Assembly (NCBI GenBank): GCA_963796055.1
Contig: CAWCKH010000003.1
Location: 1-64,000 of the forward strand
Length of the DNA stretch: 64,000 bases
Origin: an uncultured delta proteobacterium
GTDB lineage: Bacteria > Myxococcota > Myxococcia > Myxococcales > Myxococcaceae
Direction of reading: 5' to 3'
Shown here: positions 59,629 to 64,000 of the stretch, one piece after another
How positions within the stretch are numbered: position 1 is the stretch's first letter
Layout of the letters: each line of letters begins with the position of its first letter
Made by a program: the position numbers and the translations under genes
The notes under the pieces: generated by a model
Database searches by the model: none
What the model saw: the letters and a program-made list of their open reading frames with translations, nothing else
Told to the model about the DNA's origin: nothing

Positions 59629-61029
59629 ATGCCCACCCACGTCCTGATCGTCGAGGGAGACAGCGCCCTTTCCAGCCGTCTCCGCTCTGCGCTCCAGCAG
59701 CGCGGGCACACCGTCGAGGAGACCTCCGACGGCCGCAGCGTGATCGACCTGGCGCGGCGGCGCCTGCCGGGAGTGGTGGTGCTCGGGGTGGAGCTGCCCG
59801 GTGGCCAGAACGGCTACCTGCTGGTGGGGAAGCTGCGGAAGGACGACACGCTCAAGTCCGTGCCGGTCATCATCGTCGGAAACCCCGAGGGATTCGAGGC
59901 GCACGCCCGGCTGAAGAACCGGGCCGACGAGTACCTGGCGCGCCCGGTGGACGTCCCGAAGCTGGTCGCCGCGGTGTCCCGGCTCTCCGGTTCCGCGGAG
60001 GAGACACCGCTGGTGCTGGAGGAGGAGGCCACCGTCTCCGGCGACCCGGACCTCGACCTCATCGACGCCGCCTTCGACGACGCCCCCGAGCCGCAGCCCG
60101 CGCCGGCCCGCGCCGCGCCTCCACGCCCCTCGCCTTCGCCGGCCCCTGTTCCCGTCGCTGCCGAGGACGACTTCTCGGAGCTCACCCAGGACGAGGAAGG
60201 CCCGACGATGGTCCAGCTCGGCACCGCGGCCGTGCCCGCGCCGGAGACCGAAGCCGTCGAGGTGGACGCGGCGCAGCTGGTGCTCGCGCCCGAGGAGCTC
60301 GCCTCGATGGAGAACGAGCAGGCCCGGGCGTTCGCCGCCGAGGTCCAGGCGGGACTCGGCGAGCAGCCGCTGGCGGAAATGGTCGCGGGCAGCGGGCCCG
60401 AGGAGCTGCTGCGGCTCCGCTCGGAGCTTCACGCCGCCGAGCAGCTGGTGGGAGACCTCCGGGACCAGAACGCCCAGGCCGAGCAACGTGAGCTGGAGCT
60501 GAAGACCGAGCTCTCGCGCCGCGACGGACAGCTGAAGGCACTCCAGGCCCGGCTCGACCAGGAGGTCCAGGAGCGGCGGCGGCTGGAGGAGGCGCTCCAC
60601 GGCGGCGCCCAGGCGGACGCCGACGAGGCCCGGCGCGCCCTGGAGGAGGAGCTGGCCGCAGCCCAGCGCGATCTGGAGCTGAACCGTGCCCACGCCGAGG
60701 GTGCGGAGCGGCAACTTCAAGACATGCGCGAGCGCGCCGAGACCGCGGAGACCGAGCTGGCCCAGCTCCGCGAGCAGCCGGCCCCGGCCGCCTCGGTCGA
60801 CGAGGTGGAGGCGCTCCACGCCCGGGTGGCCGAGCTCGAGGACGAGGCCCGCAAGAACCGCGAGCGGGTCACCCGCCTCTACGGGCGACTCAAGGCCGAG
60901 GAGCGGGCCCGGGAGCAGGCCCGCAAGGCGGTGACCGTCGCCGGACAGCTCCTCGCCGAGACGCCCAGCGGGGCCCCCATGGAGTCGACGGAGCCCGACC
61001 CGGGCACCGACGAGCCCGCGGCCGCGTGA
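59629..61029 (+). CDS. frzS: FrzS-like pseudo-receiver + Pro/Ala linker + coiled-coil protein
   Basis: LIVEGD.ALS..LRSAL..RG.TV.ET.DG, GQNGYL..GKL.KDD.LK.VP.II.GNP.GF..H..LK..ADEY match the FrzS receiver; Gly at the phospho-Asp position. Confidence 0.85.
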   Translation: MPTHVLIVEGDSALSSRLRSALQQRGHTVEETSDGRSVIDLARRRLPGVVVLGVELPGGQNGYLLVGKLRKDDTLKSVPVIIVGNPEGFEAHARLKNRADEYLARPVDVPKLVAAVSRLSGSAEETPLVLEEEATVSGDPDLDLIDAAFDDAPEPQPAPARAAPPRPSPSPAPVPVAAEDDFSELTQDEEGPTMVQLGTAAVPAPETEAVEVDAAQLVLAPEELASMENEQARAFAAEVQAGLGEQPLAEMVAGSGPEELLRLRSELHAAEQLVGDLRDQNAQAEQRELELKTELSRRDGQLKALQARLDQEVQERRRLEEALHGGAQADADEARRALEEELAAAQRDLELNRAHAEGAERQLQDMRERAETAETELAQLREQPAPAASVDEVEALHARVAELEDEARKNRERVTRLYGRLKAEERAREQARKAVTVAGQLLAETPSGAPMESTEPDPGTDEPAAA

Positions 61030-61186
61030 GGGTGGATGCGCCGCGCTTCCTCACCCTGTGACGGGTGGACCGCACCGAGGTGGAGCGCCGGTGGCCGTCG
61101 ACCCGGCGATGGCCGTCTACCGGCCCGACCGGGGTTCCTGCACGCACCAGCTCTGAGCGCGCCCGAGAGGCGCCGAGAGCTGTTGT

Positions 61187-62266
61187 TCACTTCTCCTCCT
61201 TCTTCGGCGCGTTCTTCTTGTCGAGCATCTTCCGCGCCAGGAGCTGGACTCCGGAGGGGACGTTCTTGTTCCTCGCCAGGTCCTTCACCTCGGCCTCGCG
61301 GAGCTGGGCGAGGAACTTCATCGCCACCGGGAGGGGGACCTTGGGGTTCTTGGTCAACGCGACCTTCACCCGATAGTCCTTCAGCCACTCGCGGTTGTTG
61401 TAGACCACCCGCAGCACGTCGTCCTGCGCGGCGCGGTTGTTCGCCACCGCCAGCACCTCGCCGTCGGTGATCTTCGGGCTGCGGATGACCGCCACCGACA
61501 CCAGCTTGTTGCTGTCCCGCAGCAGGTAGCTCCGCGCCTCCTTGTTGCCCTTGGTGGCGAGCTTGATCTTCTCCGCGATGCTCATCTTCATGATCCGCTG
61601 CGCGAGGGTGAGCCGCTTGCCGTCCTCCATCGGCGGGGCGTTCTCGTCGGCCAGCTCCGCGAACTCCTCGATGACCTCGTCCGCCGTCGGCCCGGGGTCC
61701 GGGGGGGCGTCCGCCGCCTCCGGCCCGAAGATGCGCACCCGGGCGGCCCTCATCTGGGGGACGTCGGCGAGCACCAGGCCGGAGCGGACGCAGAAGTCGC
61801 AGACCATGTCGATGAGCGCCGGGCCGCAGCTGGGGTTGTTGCACAGCTGCCGGACGACCTCATCGTGCCGGAGCAGGCGGAGCTGGTTCTGGCTGATGAT
61901 CTCCGCCGTCCGCATGCTGCAGTATGCGGCGGCCCGGGCCACCGCCTCGTCCGGGGTGGAGGGGTTGAGGATCAGCATCTCGGCGTAGACGTCCTGTCTG
62001 CCCAGCCGGTCCAGGAACCAGCCCAGCACCGGCGGATCCACCTCCTCGTCCCGGAGCGCGGAGCTGAGGATGCGATCCGGCAGCTTGCTGGCCGAGTCCT
62101 CCGCGGTGGTCCGCACCTTCTCGTCCGCGTCGCCGGTCAGAAGAAACAGCGCGGTGATCATGTCCGGCGGCGGCAGCGGGACCAGCGCCTTGGCGGCCAT
62201 CATCCGCAGCGGCACCGGCGCCGAGGGGTCGACGTGCTTCCTGAGGTTGGCGGAGAGCTCAAGCAT
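61187..62266 (-). CDS. Conserved helical-repeat hypothetical protein
   Basis: [31 protein letters not shown]...W.K.Y.VK.AL..NPK.P pattern seen in deltaproteobacterial proteins; strong codon bias. Confidence 0.75.
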   Translation of the reverse strand: MLELSANLRKHVDPSAPVPLRMMAAKALVPLPPPDMITALFLLTGDADEKVRTTAEDSASKLPDRILSSALRDEEVDPPVLGWFLDRLGRQDVYAEMLILNPSTPDEAVARAAAYCSMRTAEIISQNQLRLLRHDEVVRQLCNNPSCGPALIDMVCDFCVRSGLVLADVPQMRAARVRIFGPEAADAPPDPGPTADEVIEEFAELADENAPPMEDGKRLTLAQRIMKMSIAEKIKLATKGNKEARSYLLRDSNKLVSVAVIRSPKITDGEVLAVANNRAAQDDVLRVVYNNREWLKDYRVKVALTKNPKVPLPVAMKFLAQLREAEVKDLARNKNVPSGVQLLARKMLDKKNAPKKEEK

Positions 62267-63032
62267 GGCCGCGGTTGCGCTCGTGGATGATGCGTAGACC
62301 CTCGAGGGTGAGGAACTCGTCCACCTCCTGGATGCAGCGGGACTCGGCGGCGATGAGCCCGGCCAGCCCACCGGTGGCCACCACCCGCACCGGGAACCCG
62401 AGCTCCTTGCTCATCCGCTCGCAGATACCATCCACCATGCCGACATAGCCGTAGACCAGGCCCGACTGCATCGAGTGAACGGTGTTCTTCCCCACCACCG
62501 CCGGTGGGCGGGCGAACTCCACCCGCGGCAGCTTGGCGGCGTTCTGGAACAGCGCCTCCATGGAGATGGTCACCCCGGGGCAGATGCTGCCGCCGAGGTA
62601 CTCGCCCTTCGGGGTCACCGCATCGAAGGTGGTCGCGGTGCCGAAGTCCACCACGATCAGTCCCCCCCGGTGCTTCTCGTAGGCTGCCACCGCGTTCACC
62701 ACCCGGTCGGCGCCTACCTCCCGGGGGTTGTCGTAGAGGATCGGCATCCCGGTCCTCACCCCGGGACCGACGAAGAGCGGCGCCAGCGAGAAGTAGCGCT
62801 TGCTCATCTGCTCCAGCGAGAACTGCATCGGAGGCACCACGCTGGACACCGCCACCGCCTCGATGCCGCCCGCGGGGATGCCGGCCCACTGCAGCACCTG
62901 GCGGATCCACAGCCCGTACTCGTCCGCGGTGCGGCGGGCCTCGGTGGCCAGCCGCCAGTGGTCGACCAGCCTGGTTCCGTCGAAGACCCCGAGCACGGTG
63001 TTGGTGTTTCCGACGTCGATGGTCAGGAGCAT
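62259..63032 (-). CDS. coaX: Type III pantothenate kinase
   Basis: [47 protein letters not shown]. Confidence 0.96.
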   Translation of the reverse strand: MLLTIDVGNTNTVLGVFDGTRLVDHWRLATEARRTADEYGLWIRQVLQWAGIPAGGIEAVAVSSVVPPMQFSLEQMSKRYFSLAPLFVGPGVRTGMPILYDNPREVGADRVVNAVAAYEKHRGGLIVVDFGTATTFDAVTPKGEYLGGSICPGVTISMEALFQNAAKLPRVEFARPPAVVGKNTVHSMQSGLVYGYVGMVDGICERMSKELGFPVRVVATGGLAGLIAAESRCIQEVDEFLTLEGLRIIHERNRGHA

Positions 63033-63048
63033 GCGCGGTGGCCCCTCG

Positions 63049-64000
63049 TCAGGAGGCAGGACGGACCCGGGGACGGATCTGCTCGACGTCACCGGCGAGC
63101 ACCCGCTCCAGGCCGTCCTCGGTGCGTAGCAGCAGCGCCCCGTCCACGTCGATGTCCTCGGCCACCCCCCGGAGCTCCCGCCGCTCGGTCTTCACCAGCA
63201 CCTCCAGCCCGAGCGTCGAGGAGAGCGCGCGCCAGCGCGCACGCACCGGACCGAAGCCCTTCTCCTCATGCACGTCCAGCCATTGCTCGAGGGTCTGGAG
63301 GAGCCGGGCCAGGAAGGCCGCGCGGTTGACCTTGCGCCCGAGCACCCGCATCGCGCTGGTCGCCACCTCGGCGACGTCCGGCGGGAAGTCCGACGGGCCG
63401 GCGTTCAGGTTCACCCCGATGCCCAGGACGACGAAGTGGACCCGGTCCGCCTCCGCCGAGAGCTCGGTGAGGATGCCGGCGATCTTCTTGCCTGCCACCT
63501 GGAGGTCGTTGGGCCACTTGATGCTCGCCTCGATGCCCTCGCCCCTGAGCGTCTCCGCCACCGCCACCGCCGCGAGGAGGGTCAGCTCGGGCGCGCGCTG
63601 CGGGGGAAGCTCGGGGCGGAGCACCAGCGAGGCGTAGAGGCTCTTCCCCGCCGGCGAGGCCCAGCTTCGACCCCGTCTCCCCCGCCCGGCGGTCTGGGTC
63701 TCGGCCACCACCAGCTCACCGTGCTCGGCGCCCTCGGCAGCGAGACGGAACGCCAGCTCGCTGGTGCTGGGGAGCGAGTCGAAGGCGTGCACCGTGCGCC
63801 CCAGGTCGTGCGTCTCCAGCAGCGGAAGGATCTCCAGCCCACTCAGGCGATCCGGCACGCGGACCAGCCGGTACCCGCGCGAGGGGACCGCCTCGATGGC
63901 GTAGCCGCGGTCGCGCAGCGCGTTCACCACCTTCCACACCGCGGTGCGCGACAGGCCCAATTTCCCGGAGAGCGCCTCGCCCGAGGCGAAGTCCGGTCCG
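63049..64000 (-). CDS. birA: Bifunctional biotin ligase/repressor BirA (5' end beyond the window)
   Basis: [48 protein letters not shown]. Confidence 0.96.
   Translation of the reverse strand, partial: GPDFASGEALSGKLGLSRTAVWKVVNALRDRGYAIEAVPSRGYRLVRVPDRLSGLEILPLLETHDLGRTVHAFDSLPSTSELAFRLAAEGAEHGELVVAETQTAGRGRRGRSWASPAGKSLYASLVLRPELPPQRAPELTLLAAVAVAETLRGEGIEASIKWPNDLQVAGKKIAGILTELSAEADRVHFVVLGIGVNLNAGPSDFPPDVAEVATSAMRVLGRKVNRAAFLARLLQTLEQWLDVHEEKGFGPVRARWRALSSTLGLEVLVKTERRELRGVAEDIDVDGALLLRTEDGLERVLAGDVEQIRPRVRPAS

Noticed and set aside
61085..61130. Short direct repeat TGGCCGTC between frzS and the next gene
   Set aside because: Only two short copies in GC-rich DNA; not an array.

Overview
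Very GC-rich bacterial chromosomal DNA, almost certainly from a myxobacterium (Myxococcota, Cystobacterineae-like), judged from recognisable tgl, frzS and aldA-rpoE1-anti-sigma homologues. In order, the window holds: a complete IS4/IS50-group insertion sequence (6-1464); an accessory block (lipoprotein, YciI, PstS-like lipoprotein + NarL-type two-component system + outer-membrane protein, small ESFPASDPP protein); divIVA/DUF167; an alpha/beta hydrolase with a LysR regulator; a long minus-strand core block (GAF histidine kinase, polA, RHH-FHA protein, two DGG-rich lipoproteins, glyS/glyQ, recO, tgl, lytic transglycosylase, two phasin-like proteins, a 34-aa basic protein, DmpA peptidase, TetR, a tandem Ddl-like ATP-grasp protein, hemB); a broken class II photolyase; an aromatic amino acid supercluster (trpEGDCFBA plus all seven shikimate steps, with apparent AroQ-GAF and AroC-AroK fusions) interrupted by an island carrying LysR, a cNMP-TrxB-like oxidoreductase and two secreted paralogues behind a predicted sigma54 promoter; then radical SAM-ald-rpoE1-anti-sigma-frzS, coaX and a truncated birA. 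Best candidates for novelty are the sigma54/enhancer-linked tandem secreted propeller-like proteins, the AroQ-GAF fusion, two long intergenic hairpin elements (7343-7464, 34013-34351) and the PstS-like/TCS/porin module. Several single-base anomalies suggest residual indel errors, so fusions and frameshifts need read-level confirmation. All calls rest on motif recognition by eye; no searches were run.
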